A model generated the notes under the pieces. That model saw only the letters and a program-made list of their open reading frames with translations. It was not told where the DNA came from and made no database searches. Below, in pieces: positions 1-14,094 of a DNA stretch of 64,000 nucleotides. Position 1 is the first letter of the stretch, and each line of letters begins with the position of its first letter. Location: assembly GCF_006345805.1 (NCBI RefSeq), contig NC_043003.1, positions 54,126,001 through 54,190,000 of the forward strand, in the 5' to 3' direction. A program made the translations under genes and the position numbers. This stretch comes from Octopus sinensis (lineage: Eukaryota).

Positions 1-414
1 AAATGGAGCTGAACGAAGATACTACAGAATTCCTTTTATTACATTCTACACATGTTTCAAAGGCCACAAACTTCCAATTTCTGATTGAATAAGGATACCA
101 TATTGCAGCTTTCTCTTCAGGAAAATCCAGGAATTACGATGTCCAAACAAAACCAAGGCGCAGCAAGCAACTCGAACAAGAACGCTCCCTAGGAGCCCAT
201 GTAGTTTACCCCACTACATGGGCTCCTAGGAGCGTTCTTGTCGAGTTGCTTGCTGCGCCTTGGTTTTGTTTGGACATCGTAACTCCGGATTTTCCTGAAG
301 AGAAAGCTGCAATATGGTATCCTTATTCAATCAGAATTTGGAAATTTGTGGCCTTTGAAACATGTGTAGAATGTAATAAAAGGAATTCTGTAGTATCTTC
401 GTTCAGCTCCATTT
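1..414. repeat. Near-perfect inverted repeat: arms 1-205 and 213-414, 7-nt loop TTACCCC
   Basis: 213-414 is the reverse complement of 1-205 with about 3 substitutions and 3 single-base indels (manual alignment); the left arm runs off the window edge. Confidence 0.95.
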
Positions 415-459
415 CTTCCATTCACTAATTATATATATATATATATATATATATTAGTC

Positions 460-1924
460 ATAAGATACAGTGTACATTTAAACACATGAGGAATCCACTC
501 ATAGGATTCAACACGCTAGAAAGAACAGCCAGGTTCTATAACCACAAAAATTAGGGAATTTTAATTCGACAGGAACGAATTGAAACATAAAAACATCTAA
601 TTTCCTGGACCAATTGGTTGCTGATTTTAGTTTAGCGAGTAAATGAATAACATATACACTCGCCAGGTGCAATCGTCTTCAGCAGGAACACCTAGGGTTA
701 AACGTATACACACGAGGCGATAACACCACGTGACCCTTGTTTATACATCCTTACTATTTTAAAATCTACTGCGCAGCCGCAGTCCTTCGCCAGCAATAAA
801 AAATATTTAAATGATAAACTTTTGGAAAGTTTTACAGATTTTTTACAGTTCCAGTGATGTATTGGATCTGTAATCTTTGAATTAGCTTTCTCCTGTCTGG
901 TTTTTAGAAGCCTAATTTCTCAAGCTTGGTATTTAGGCAGTGTGTTACATATCTCAAGGTCCCAATAATTACAGGTATAAACCTGAACTTGTAATCTGGA
1001 TAGAGTAACTGCAGATTTCTCAATAGTTCAGCATAAGTGTTCTCTTTTTCACTGATCTTCAGCTTTTTGTTAACATCCGTTGGGCAGCTAATTTCCACAA
1101 CTGTACACAGTTTCTATTCTCATCTCAAATCCTTATATCAGGTCTGTTGTGCTTACTTTTTATTGAGGTCTTCACTAGTACATTCCTCCACTATCCCTTT
1201 TTATTATTAGTGGCTATGTCCTCTACCATATTGTGGGTTTTAATCTCCTTGTCCTTGAGATTATCCTTCTGACGGATTTCCTGGTGGAGTGTCCTAGCTA
1301 CAATGTCATGCCTCATCGGTAAATAACAACGTGTTGATCTTTTCGGACAACTGCTTATGATGTGAGTGATATCTTCAGTGTGAACTTCACAAAGTCTGCA
1401 TCGGTTATCACTTTTTACAGCTTTTCCCGCATCTCTGTCCATTTTGTGCATTAGCTACTTGGTTGATACTTTCTGTTCCTGGATTACAAACGCAGTGTGG
1501 CAGTAGTAATCCGACTATTCATCCATGATAAACTGCTTTGATGCTCGATGTTACTATCATCATGGAGCTTTCTACTAACATATATCCATGCATAGTCTTT
1601 TGCTCATATAAGCTCATCTTTTCATCTGATGTTACGTTGCGGTAGAGTTGTGCGACTTCTTTGGGCATGTATTCTAGGTTATCAGACACAGAGTGTTGTT
1701 CAAGGAATGCACTTCGACACTTGGTCGTTAAAAGATGTTGCCGAAGAGACATTCAAAAGCATTTTGGATCGATGTTAAGACTCTGCCGCCTTGTTTACGT
1801 TTTAGGTAGAGGGGGTCTACGTCACTGTTGATGTGGAAATTATGTGTGCATGTTAGTATTTTTCAGGTCCTCACACCAATGGCCCGGATTTCATCAAGCG
1901 TCCAATCAAGCAGCCCAAATGTTT
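460..1924 (-). mobile_element. 5'-truncated, degenerate R4/Dong-like (RLE-type) non-LTR retrotransposon
   Basis: Minus-strand frames give the RT thumb region (YLKRKQGGR), a CCHC knuckle CRLCEVHTEDITHIISSC followed by RHD, and a restriction-like endonuclease tail (EISCPTDVN...IPVIIGTL, stop at 904). A ~440-bp 3' UTR ends at the (TA)n tract at 428-455. Confidence 0.8.
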
Positions 1925-2075
1925 TATGTATGTATGTATGTATGTATGCATGCATGTATGTATGTATGTATTTATGTATTAGTATGTATGTATGTATGTA
2001 TGTATGTATGTATGTATGTATGTATGTATATATGCATGTAATGTGTGTGTGTATGTATGTGTATATATATATGTG

Positions 2076-2119
<44 letters not shown>

Positions 2120-2518
2120 AATATATATATATCTACTTTATAAACAAGGGCATAAGAAAAATTTCTAATGCCAAATATGTTGAAAATAGACAAATTGCCA
2201 ATAACAATTATAAATAACACTATTAACATGCGTCTCGAAACAAGCCGATAGAAATTATAAAAAAAATTCCGTTATTATCGTATTGGTCCCAATTTCAGAG
2301 TTAATTCATAAGAATTTTCTCCTCGTCAACGATAAATACGTAAGACATAAATGAAATACTTACTCATACCCATGGAAAAAGCAAGCACTAAGTCATGAGC
2401 AGATCTAAGCACCCCAAATATATCCTAGACAGAAAATCTTCAGCACATCTCGAGACACGTGTGATTCGAATCAGAAACTTTCACATAGTGAGAGAATCCG
2501 GAAGTGAACACTATTAAA

Positions 2519-2930
2519 TTTAGTCGATCAAGTCGATCCCAGGACTTATTCTGTGTAAGCCTAGTACTTCTTCTATCGGTTTCTTTTGCCGAACCGCTTG
2601 GTTACGGAAACGTAAATACACCAGCATCGGTTGTCAAGTGATGTTGGGGGGACAAACACAGACACACAAACACGCACACACGCACGCACACACACACACA
2701 CACGCACACACACACACACATACACATATATATCTATATATATATATATATATATATACACATAATACCAGTGGCTTCTTTCAGTTTCCGCCTACCAAAT
2801 CCACTCACAAGGCTTTAGTCGACCCGAGGCTATAGTAGAAGATACTCGCCCAATGTGCCACACAGTAGGACTGAACTCGGAACCATGTAGTCGGTAAGCC
2901 AGCTACTTACCGCACAGCCACTCCTGCACC
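2519..2930 (-). mobile_element. tRNA-derived SINE, family 2 (head GCAGGAGTGGCTGTGTGGTAAG, internal microsatellite)
   Basis: Aligns by eye with copies at 40.6, 53.7 and 57.3 kb; internal (TA)/(TG) block. Confidence 0.85.
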
Positions 2931-3192
2931 TATATATGTATAAACATATATACATATCCTAATATAAGGATGCATATATGCATATCCTAATATAAGGATG
3001 CATATATGCATTTACATACATGTAAATACGTACGTATACGTATATGCATATGTATATATGTGCGTGTGTGTACACATATATGTATATATATGTATATATA
3101 TGTGTGTGTATATATATATATATATTAATATATGTATGGCCTATTGAAGCCGTTCCTCAATTGTTGTTGTATATATATATGTATATATATAT

Positions 3193-3224
<32 letters not shown>

Positions 3225-3780
3225 CTATATATATATATATATATATATATATTCACGTCTGTTCGTATATGTGAGCACGTGAGCTTGTGTATGATAGAAC
3301 TAAGACATAATTGAGATTCTGTACCAATTCAAACCCGGCATACACATAAACATATCTTTTATGGTTATATTCATACACACATATGCACCAGACACATAAC
3401 CCCCCACACACACACACATATGCGTACGCACACCACCTCAGTCACTCTCACACGCACACGGCACCAGTCCGCCTGTTTAGACGTCAGTTTAGATTAGTTA
3501 AACAAAATTACATTAAAATTGGGATTTTATTTTGATAACCTGATCACTTCCTACCATTCTCATCTTTACATTTTTACATTTCCAAACTTACATACTTCCC
3601 TTTTATTTAATGTCTTTCCTTTACACTTAACACAGCCACAAAATATTGTATTTATGTAGTTTTCTTCACTTCAGTAATATATTTCTCTTTGATTTTCTAT
3701 TTTTTGAATTTCTATGCTGTTCCACCATATATTTCCCTCCTTTAACCCGTCTGTCTGTCCGTCCTTCCATCCATCCACCC

Positions 3781-3843
<63 letters not shown>

Positions 3844-3846
<3 letters not shown>

Positions 3847-4098
3847 TTTTCCTCTCCCCCTTTTTTCCTCTTTTTTCCCTTTTTCTTTTTTTCTTTTCCT
3901 TTTATCCTTTTCTTCCCTTTTTTTCTTTTTTTCTTTTTTCTTTTCCTTTTTCCTTTCTTTTTTTTTTGTTCTTTTTTCCCTTTTACGATCCCTTTTGATC
4001 GAAAACCTACACCACCTTTTTTTTTCTCCCCCAAAAGAAAAGCTCTACCTTGTAACTTGTCCCATCTGTGTGCAGCCCTGTGTGGCCAATAAAGAAAC

Positions 4099-4099
<1 letters not shown>
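3844..4099 (+). mobile_element. Tx1/L1-clade LINE, 3' UTR-only copy 1, between (TATC)n tracts
   Basis: Matches the 3' UTR of the 26.7-28.7 kb element (GATCGAAA...AAAAGAAAGCTCTACCTTGTAA...GCAGCCCTGTGTGGCCAATAAAGAAAC). Confidence 0.85.
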
Positions 4100-4176
<77 letters not shown>

Positions 4177-4179
<3 letters not shown>

Positions 4180-4698
4180 AACTTCTTCAAGTATTACTTG
4201 AAGAGGAAAGTGAGAGTAGAGAAGCAAGTTTTGTCTAGTGAATGTTTTAAAAAAAGATGGGTGAATGTAGCAAGGATGGCACGTATGAATGACGAAGCCA
4301 CCTTGACTATGATTCTATGAACCGTAAAAATTAATATAGAGAGTTGCTTATTTGCAAAAAAAAAAAAGAAATATGACATGTGACTTCATTGACCGAGGTT
4401 ACCGTGGTCTTTTCCGTAGGATTTTCTTTCCACGGGTAAACCTCACCTGTCCTCCCCTTTACACTTCATATTGACATTTCTGTGATAACGATCCCTATTG
4501 ATCAATTTTTTTCCTTTCCCTTTTTTTCCTCTCCCCCACTTTTTTTTATTTTATTCCCCTCTTTTTTGTCCCCTTTCTTTCCCTTTACGATCCCTTTTGA
4601 TCGAAAACCAAACCCCCTTTTTTTACCCCCAAAAGAAAAGCTCTACCTTGTAATTTGTCCTGTCTGTGTGCAGCCCTGTGTGGCTAATAAAGAAACAT
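4177..4698 (+). mobile_element. Tx1/L1-clade LINE, 5'-truncated copy 2 (ORF2 C-terminus plus 3' UTR)
   Basis: Encodes INFFKYYLKRKVRVEKQVLSSECFKKRWVNVARMARMNDEATL, as at 28,200-28,343; (TATC)n on both sides. Confidence 0.9.
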
Positions 4699-4740
4699 TA
4701 TCTATCTATCTATCTATCTATATATCTATCTATCTATATA

Positions 4741-4781
<41 letters not shown>

Positions 4782-4935
4782 ATGTATGTCTGTCTGTCTG
4801 TCTATCTGTATGTGTGTCTGTCTATCTGTCTGTGTGTCTGTGTGTCTGTCTGTCTGTTTTACTGTCTATCTGACTGCCTGCCTGCCTGTCTGTCTATCTC
4901 ACTATCTCTTCATTTGTCTATCTGTCTGTCTGTCT

Positions 4936-4993
<58 letters not shown>

Positions 4994-5045
4994 GTCTGTC
5001 TGTCTGTCTGTCTGTGAGCTTGTGTGTATGTGTGTCTGTCTGTCG

Positions 5046-5123
<78 letters not shown>

Positions 5124-5125
5124 TC
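4698..5125. repeat. Compound (TATC)n/(TGTC)n microsatellite
   Basis: Direct inspection. Confidence 0.95.
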
Positions 5126-5419
5126 TATGTGTGCCAATTTATCGGTAATTTTCCCTCCTTGTGCGTTTCTAAGCACAAATCTGTACGTGTAAATCTTCTA
5201 ACACATAGATACATCTCCACATATACACACACATTGTCAACAAACGCCGCCTGTTAATGCATTCGCAAACATATACACACACATATATATGCGCAACAAT
5301 GTTATGCAAACTAAGAAACGGTTTAGAAATGAAAAGCGTGAACCGCCCACAAAACCCCCATCTCCAACACCCGTCACCTCCACTGTACAATGACTGCACC
5401 TCCCAGCCCCCGCACGCAC

Positions 5420-5425
5420 CCCCCC

Positions 5426-5471
<46 letters not shown>

Positions 5472-5990
5472 GTGCGTCGGTGGTGGGTTGGGCCATCATA
5501 AACCAGGCGGTCATTTAAAGTATAAACATCATCATCACCACTACCACCACCACCACCACCACCACTAACACCACTAACACCACCACCAACACCACCACCA
5601 CCGTCACCGTCACTATCACCACTAAAATCATCATCATCATCACCTCTGTGAACATCAGCACTGCATCGTCATTGTCATCATGATCATCTTAATAACGATC
5701 ATCATCATCATAATCATGATCATTATCATCATCATACCAACTTCATCGTCATCCTCATCACCAGTGCCACCACCACCACCGCTACCGACTGCAGCAGCAG
5801 CGGCACCACCACCATCCTCCTCCACATCCTCCACCTCCTCCTCCACCTCCTCCCCCTCCTCCCCCTCCTCCCCCCCTCCCCCCCTCCTCCCCCCTCCCCC
5901 CCTCATCATCATCATCATCATTATCATCAACATCATCTTCATTGTCGTCATTATCGCCTACGTCAATAGTCAACATCAACAACGATGAAA
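5420..5990. repeat. Compound trinucleotide low-complexity block (CAC/TAC/CAT/CCT)
   Basis: Direct inspection; explains the poly-Ser/Pro/Ile ORFs. Confidence 0.9.
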
Positions 5991-6369
5991 AACAACAAGA
6001 GAAATAAGGGGAATGATAAGAAGAGTCCAAACAATAACAGAAAGAAAACGTGAAAGAAAAACGAGAAATCCGAGAATGCAGCGAGAATGAAACGTTTGAA
6101 ACAAACGTTTCCTATTCAGATAAAGTTGACGAGCAATTTATTGAAGCCATGTTGGTACGAGTCATAGAGCCATAAGCACACAAAATCACGTACACATATA
6201 AATAGATGAACACACGCGGATGCATACATACGCATACATTTATATACGGAAACTCTACAATTGCTGTATATAGTTATATATATACACACACAGATATATA
6301 TATATATATTATATATATTATATATATATATATATAATAATATATATATTATTAAATATATATATATAG

Positions 6370-6459
<90 letters not shown>

Positions 6460-6878
6460 GTGTATGCATATACACTCACATACATACACACGCAGAGACA
6501 TATATACATGCATGCATCTCATGCATAAGGGTACACACATATGTATGTATATATCCATACATATACACACATTTGTATGAAGATTCCCGCACAAGCAATT
6601 AGATGGTCGTAGATACAGCAATGTATCATTCGCCCACATAAAGATAGTTTGAATAATGAATAGACAATGCTATTTATATAGGATGGACGCACACACATAC
6701 GCATATACCACATCGACACACACATATATACATATTCTCTCTCTCTCTCTCTCGCTCTCTCTCTCTCTCCCTCTCTTATATACGCATGCATTCATACAGT
6801 TACACATATGCAAGAAGACATAAAAATTTAGAAATATATCAATCTATATGCATACGGACAAATGCTTACACACCCACA

Positions 6879-6930
<52 letters not shown>

Positions 6931-7254
6931 GTGTACATGTATATATACATATATTAACATGTATGAATGTATGTGTGTGTATGTATAGAAACACATGTAT
7001 GCTCACACGCACACACACACATACACACAGGGATGCACACTCACACACACACTTCTATATTCGTATTAATGTTTACTCTTATGTCAAGTTGTAGTAAAAA
7101 CAATTTAACATTAATATGCAGAATTATTCAAAACATTTTTCTATAGAGTGAGTACTTATTAAACTTTTAGAAAAGGAGAAATGATATTTGACTGTAAAGT
7201 CCCGACAAAGCCTGTCTGACTGAAATCACTATTACTCCTCTACTTGTAAAATTA

Positions 7255-7335
<81 letters not shown>

Positions 7336-7337
<2 letters not shown>

Positions 7338-7761
7338 GGCACGTATGAATGACGAAGCCATCTTGAGCATAGTCCTATGAACCCAGAAATCGAAAACAGA
7401 GAGTTGCTTATTTGCAAAAAAAAAAAAAGAAAAAAAGAAATATAAAATGTGACTTCATTGACCGAGGTTACCGTGGTCTTTTCCGTAGGCTTTTCTTTCC
7501 ACGGGTAAACCTCACCTGTCCTCCCTTTTACACTTCATATTGACATTTCTGTGATAACGATCCCTATTGATCAATTTTTTTTCCTCTCCCCCTTTTTTTT
7601 TACCCCCCTTTTTTTTTGTCCTCTTTCTCTCCTTTTACGATCCCTTTTGATCGAAACTCCCCCTTCCTTTTTTTTTTTTTTTTTTTAACCTTCAAAAGAA
7701 AAGCTCTACCTTGTAATGTGTTCTATCTGTGTGCAGCCCTGTGTGGCTAATAAAGAAACAT
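7336..7761 (+). mobile_element. Tx1/L1-clade LINE, 5'-truncated copy 3
   Basis: Starts at ATGGCACGTATGAATGACGAAGCC and ends AATAAAGAAACA; (TATC)n at 7,254-7,337 and from 7,762. Confidence 0.9.
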
Positions 7762-7798
7762 ATCTATCTATCTATCTATCTATCGATCTATCTATCTA

Positions 7799-7849
<51 letters not shown>

Positions 7850-7854
7850 GCCAT

Positions 7855-8035
7855 GATAGATCGAGCTATTACACATTCTTTATTTTCTCTCCTTGTTTCT
7901 TTCTGTGTTCCTTTCTGTGGAAGAGCGTGGGCTCGAAACGCTAAAGAATTTTTCACTTCCCGAGCGTTATACTAATACATTTGTTTGTTGTCTACATTAC
8001 CTGTCTTTGTCTTTTTTTTGTGTGAATTCTATCTA
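7855..8035 (+). mobile_element. Dispersed ~180-bp repeat, possibly a Penelope-like terminal (pLTR) fragment
   Basis: Second copy at 45,310-45,490. The GAAGAGCGTRGGCTCGAAACG motif resembles Penelope termini; the class is inferred. Confidence 0.45.
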
Positions 8036-9959
8036 TATATATATGGGACAACAACGCAATAGAGGGGATTAAAACGTTCGGAAAGATAGGCGATACAAAG
8101 ATGGCAAGATAAAACAACATTTAGAAGGACGGGCAAAAAGGACGGGTTATTCTTGGCTTTCTTTCTTCCGTCAAGTACCAGAAGTCACGACCACACACAC
8201 ACACACAGACACACACAACACACACACACCACACACACACACAAACACATAAATATATTGGGAAAAATGTCAGAATTTTGGAAAAAAAATCCTTTAATTT
8301 CTTCATTATTATCAGCGAAATTTGATCTGCATCGACAAAGCTTGTATTATTGGGTTTACAATACGTTAGTCCTACAGGCATTGTAGTATGTTCAATGTCC
8401 GTTTGAACAGACCGAGCCGTTCCATTTTCGATTTGTCAGCGTGCGAATCTTCGCACATGAAGTTTCTTTTTTAAAATTGAAATATAAAGTGAGATTTGCA
8501 AAAATAGCCGCTATTTCCGCTGAGTTACACGACTCCATAGCGGTATCTTTGTTTGCTCTTCATGTTATGATGTTGATGCCTTTGTTGGTGTTTTTTTCTT
8601 CATACCACTACCGATATCTTATCAAACCAATAATCAAAAGCACTACTGTTATGATAATCGTATTTTAAATTTAAACAGGGTCCATCGAAAACTACATTAT
8701 CTCATGTGATCTTCCTTCCTTAAAATGGTAGGACAGTATCTGAGAGAAATGTAGCTCTATTTTCTTGCAAGACCAGCAACCACATATAGGCTCACTCCCT
8801 TGTTGACTAATAGAATGATATGCTGTTGAGTTTGTTGTCGCCCATTGCCATAGATTGCAATATTTAGAAAAGTATCAAACCTTGTATTATATGAGAAATT
8901 AAGTCCTGTTATATTTCTCTCAATTTTGCCCTGTATTAGCTTATACTCACAATCTATGTGGCCTTTATTCATGTTGCAATTATTGCCATATTTTACCAAT
9001 CAGATTGGAAGAGGTCTATTTTCTGTTAATATGTACGAAATAACGGGAAAATGTATAACCATTTATTCTCCTTAAATTTTCTAACAATCACTTATAACCT
9101 CATATTATATATGGGATTAGGTATAACAGTTTTCACAGGAGAGAGTGTAAACGCACATAGATATACAGATAAACTCTCCCTCTCTTTCTCTATCTCTCAC
9201 ACAGAAACACACACTTATAAACATATATGTACGTGTGTATATATAAGTGTGTTAGCGTTTATGTGAGTGCGCATAAAAGTAGGCAAATTATATATGCGTG
9301 CATTCATACATCCATACATATATATATACATACATACAAACACACAAACAAACGTTCGCGCACACACACATATCCATGGGTATATGTAAAAATATATATA
9401 CACACACACACATAAATATATATATACATGCATATATATTTATATAAGTATACACACACACTGTCTGTTTATCTATTTATATACACATATATATGTATGC
9501 ACATACATATATACATAGATACATAGATACATGCATAATATACATATATACATTCATGCATAATATATATATAATATATATATATTATATATAATATATA
9601 TATATATTATATGTATATGCATACATATATAATTTGCCTGCCGTCTTTTTTTATATATTTCTCGGGTCAAAATAAAATGAGTTCAATTTCGGAACAGACA
9701 TACGAGGTCAATATAAGAATGGGAGAGAGTGGAGTAGAAAATGATAAAGAATATTAAGAGAGTGGACGTCTGCTGCGAATGGTTTGGCAGCGAACCAAAA
9801 CCACAAAGTAATTCTCAGCAACTATTCTCGATGTCCAGACGACAACAGTCATTGGCTGTAATGCAAAGTCTCCTATTATGTTTTTATATTCAATTTATAA
9901 ACGGTTCACTGAGGCGGAATATAATCTTGCTCCGATATTGAAATATATATATATATAAA

Positions 9960-9988
9960 AAACTATCTATCTATCTATCTATCGATCG

Positions 9989-10074
<86 letters not shown>

Positions 10075-10154
10075 TTATCCATCTATCTATCTATCTATCT
10101 ATCTACTTACCTACTTATCTATCTATCTATCTATCTACTTATCTACTTATCTAC

Positions 10155-10225
<71 letters not shown>

Positions 10226-10284
10226 CTATTTATCTATCTATCTATCTATCTATATACTACCTACTTATCTACTATCTATCTATC

Positions 10285-10321
<37 letters not shown>

Positions 10322-10356
10322 TATCTACCTACCTATTATCTATCTATCTATCTATC

Positions 10357-10407
<51 letters not shown>

Positions 10408-10410
10408 CGT
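9960..10410. repeat. ~450-bp (TATC)n microsatellite
   Basis: Direct inspection. Confidence 0.95.
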
Positions 10411-10854
10411 GTTTCTTTCGCTTGATTGATTGCACTGTTATCACTTTTCAAATATGTATGAATATAAGTACAATATGTATGTGTGTGTGTGTGTATACAG
10501 ACGCATACATATATATATACATATATAAATATACATGCATATACATTAATAGATAATATGTATGCCCATACATATACAAATATTAATTAATTTCATATAT
10601 ATATATATATATGTATTATTATATATATATATATTATGTAATATATATAATGTATATATATAATATTATATATATATATAATATATGTATATATATATAT
10701 ATATAACCTTCCATATATTTATATATGTAAAAACGTCTGTGGTGTGCGAGGTATGTGCTTACAGACATTTACAAATATAGTCATTTTAAATGGAAACGAA
10801 CCTATAGACATTGATATATATATATACATATATATATTATTATATATATATTAT

Positions 10855-10892
<38 letters not shown>

Positions 10893-11052
10893 ATATATTA
10901 AGAAATATGCTCTTGCAGCGTCTTTTCACGTTCACCCTCGTTCTCTCTATCTCTCTTTTCCGCTACCTACCTCTGTTGTACACATACACATAAACTTCAC
11001 CGGACATAACATTATACATAAAATCGCTGTTGTATTTAATCAGTATCAGATA

Positions 11053-11108
<56 letters not shown>

Positions 11109-11684
11109 ATACTATCTGTATGGGTATATAATTTTTGTTAAAAGCTATGTGATATAGGCAATGAGGCGCAGTTGTATCATATCTGTTAAAATAATTATTT
11201 AGCCTATCTCGTTATAGCACTGTTTGAATTTCGCCATTTCTACTAACAACTCTATATGTATTTAATTAAAAAAAAGCACAAAATCTTAGGATATAAGGGC
11301 ACAGTCGGCTATGTCTGTTAAATGATATTTGCTAATCCGAAAATATTGTTGTAGATCGTGTAGTTTAATACCCCGTTGGAGCCTGATTAAGCATACTTCG
11401 AATCAAAAGCTCTCCATGAACGTCGTTTACTATTAAAGATACTTTGAATCTGATTTACAATTTTAGATATTTCATGGTTTGAGAGAAATATGGATCGCAT
11501 TTCTTGTGGGACGCATGTCCTCGTATAGGCTTTCTCGCTGGTTTGTATGAATAAGTATTCCATAGAGGAGACACGAGTTCCAACATTTTAAGCGTTATCA
11601 CTCAGGCATAACTAAATGGTTACAGATCGTTTATTATCAATGTGGCGTCTCATGTTCGACACCCCTGCGCACCTCATTCTTTTG

Positions 11685-12250
11685 TACTCTAGGCACAAGG
11701 CCCGAAATCTTTGGGGAGGGGGCCAGTCGATTAGATCGACCCCAGTACGTAACTGGTACTTAATTTATCGACCCCGAAAGGATGAAAGGCAAATCGACCT
11801 CGGCGAAATTTGAACTCAGACGAAATACCTATTTCTTTACTACCCACAAGGGGCTAAACACAGAGAGGACACACTAGGACAGACAAACGGATTAAGTCGA
11901 TTACATCGACCCCAGTGCGTAACTGGTACTTATTTAATCGACCCCGAAAGTATGAAAGGCAAAATCGACCTCGGCGGAATTTGAACTCAGAATGTAGCGG
12001 CAGACGAAATACCTATTTATTTCTTTACTACCCACAAGGTGTTAAACACAGAGAAGACAAACAAGGACAGAAAATCGGATTAAGTCGATTATATCGACTC
12101 CAGTGCGTAACTGGTACTTATTTAATCGACCCCGAAAGGATGAAAGGCAAAGTCGACCTCGGCGGAATTTGGACTCCGAACGCAGCGGCAGACGAAATAC
12201 CGCTAAGCATTTCGCCCGGCGTGCTAACGATTTTGCCAGCTTGCCGCCTT
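11685..12250 (-). mobile_element. Trimeric tRNA-derived SINE, family 1 (head GGCGGCGAGCTGGCAGAATCG)
   Basis: One head near 12,248, then three tandem core modules (TCGACCCCGAAAG at ~11,768, 11,938 and 12,126). Confidence 0.85.
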
Positions 12251-12264
12251 AATCCGGAATAAAT

Positions 12265-12460
12265 ATTGGCTTCATATTTTGCCACAAGACCAGCAGTTTT
12301 GTGGAGTGGTTAAGTCGATTACATCGACCCCAGTACCTAACTGATGCTCATTTTATCGATCGCGAGAGGATGAAATGCAAAGATCGACCTAAATTCGGAC
12401 GAAATACTGAAGAACATTTTGCCCGCCGTGCTAACGATTCTGTCATCTTGCCGCCTTATT
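12265..12460 (-). mobile_element. Degenerate SINE family 1 monomer
   Basis: Head and core recognisable, with internal deletions. Confidence 0.7.
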
Positions 12461-12846
12461 AAGGATACATATTAAGGTTTCACAAAGCCAGCAATCCGGA
12501 ATATATATATTAAAAGGATTTTGTCTGAATTTCTCTCAGTCTAGTCAATTTCCTGTACTTGATAAAACAAAAAAATACTTAGATACGTACAAAGTAGAAA
12601 TTTGCAAGCAAGAGTTAATCGAATTAACGGACTCTAAATTTTGGATGGTAATTTATTCAATCTAACCGAAAAGGGGAAAAATGTAAAGTTGATCACCTAG
12701 GATTTGAACACGGTATTTAAAGTGCCGGAGTGAAGAAAAATCCATAGCTGGTCTGACACAAACAATTCTAAGAATACATCGAATTTAATAAAACTGACAG
12801 CAATAATAATCATACTGAAAAAGATGCTCTTAAAAAAAGAACGGTG

Positions 12847-12880
<34 letters not shown>

Positions 12881-12912
12881 AGCTGCTGCTACTGCTACTG
12901 CTGCTGCCACTG

Positions 12913-12975
<63 letters not shown>

Positions 12976-13185
12976 GCAAAATACATGTCATTTAAAAATT
13001 ATCTCTTATTGTTTTAAAAAATGGTTGTGAAACTATTTTTTATGTTTGTATTTTTATACACACATATATATGCATATATATATATGCATATATATGCATA
13101 TATACGCATGAATATTATATATATATATATATAATATATAATATATATATAGGGTCTTTTCATTTTTTCACTTTTACATATATAT

Positions 13186-13226
<41 letters not shown>

Positions 13227-13378
13227 TATTTACACACACACACAAGCATACATAGTATACGTCTACATTCGATAAGACAGTGTCCCAGTATGCTTTCAAC
13301 CCAGTGGCTGAAACTAGTAGTATAAAAAACATAAAGCAATATACCAAAAGAATGTCTGTATTTACTGATTCATAAGTT

Positions 13379-13416
<38 letters not shown>

Positions 13417-14038
13417 TACATACACACGTATGAATATTTGTTACTGAAAAAGATGTTTTTATTGTCTTTAGAATAAACTTTAAATCTCTCTCTGTCTGTC
13501 TGTCTGTCTGCCTGTCTCTCTCTTTCTATGCGTGTATGTGTGTGTATATATGTTTATATATGTGTGTGTGTGTGTGTATGTATGTATGTTTTGCATTCAT
13601 TCATTGGATCTATTCATTGCTGTCCTCAATTATTGTTGTTTTTATCAAACCTACGTGTTTTCAATTCTCTCATCATCACTTATTTTTTCTTCTCTTTGTT
13701 TACTGTATTTCATATATTTAAAATAATTTTTTTTTTAGGTCTTCTTTAGTATTTTCATATATATCAAATATAATGGTTACCATGATGCAATGACAATGTA
13801 GACAATGTATCACAGTGCTTGCCACATTATTACATTGATGGTGGTAGTATTAACAGTTGTAGTTGTAGTAGTAGTTAGCAGACGGAGAAGACATCGAAGA
13901 AGAAGCTGTGTTTTTCTTCAAGATAACTTTTTTTAATGGTAAATCCAAAATAAACATTCCAGCTTACTCTTGAAACACAATATGTACATATATGTATATG
14001 TGCACGTTCCGTAAGTTTTTTCGATGTGTTATATATAT

Positions 14039-14094
<56 letters not shown>

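Noticed and set aside
7905-7945. Hammerhead-like GAAGAGCGTGGGCTCGAAAC here and at ~45,370
   Set aside because: Lacks C3U4 of the core, and no stem III/NUH or stem I can be formed.
8679-8999. Plus-strand 49-nt exon (SIENYIISCDLPSLK) and minus ORF 8757-8999
   Set aside because: Too short or lacking splice and homology support to call.
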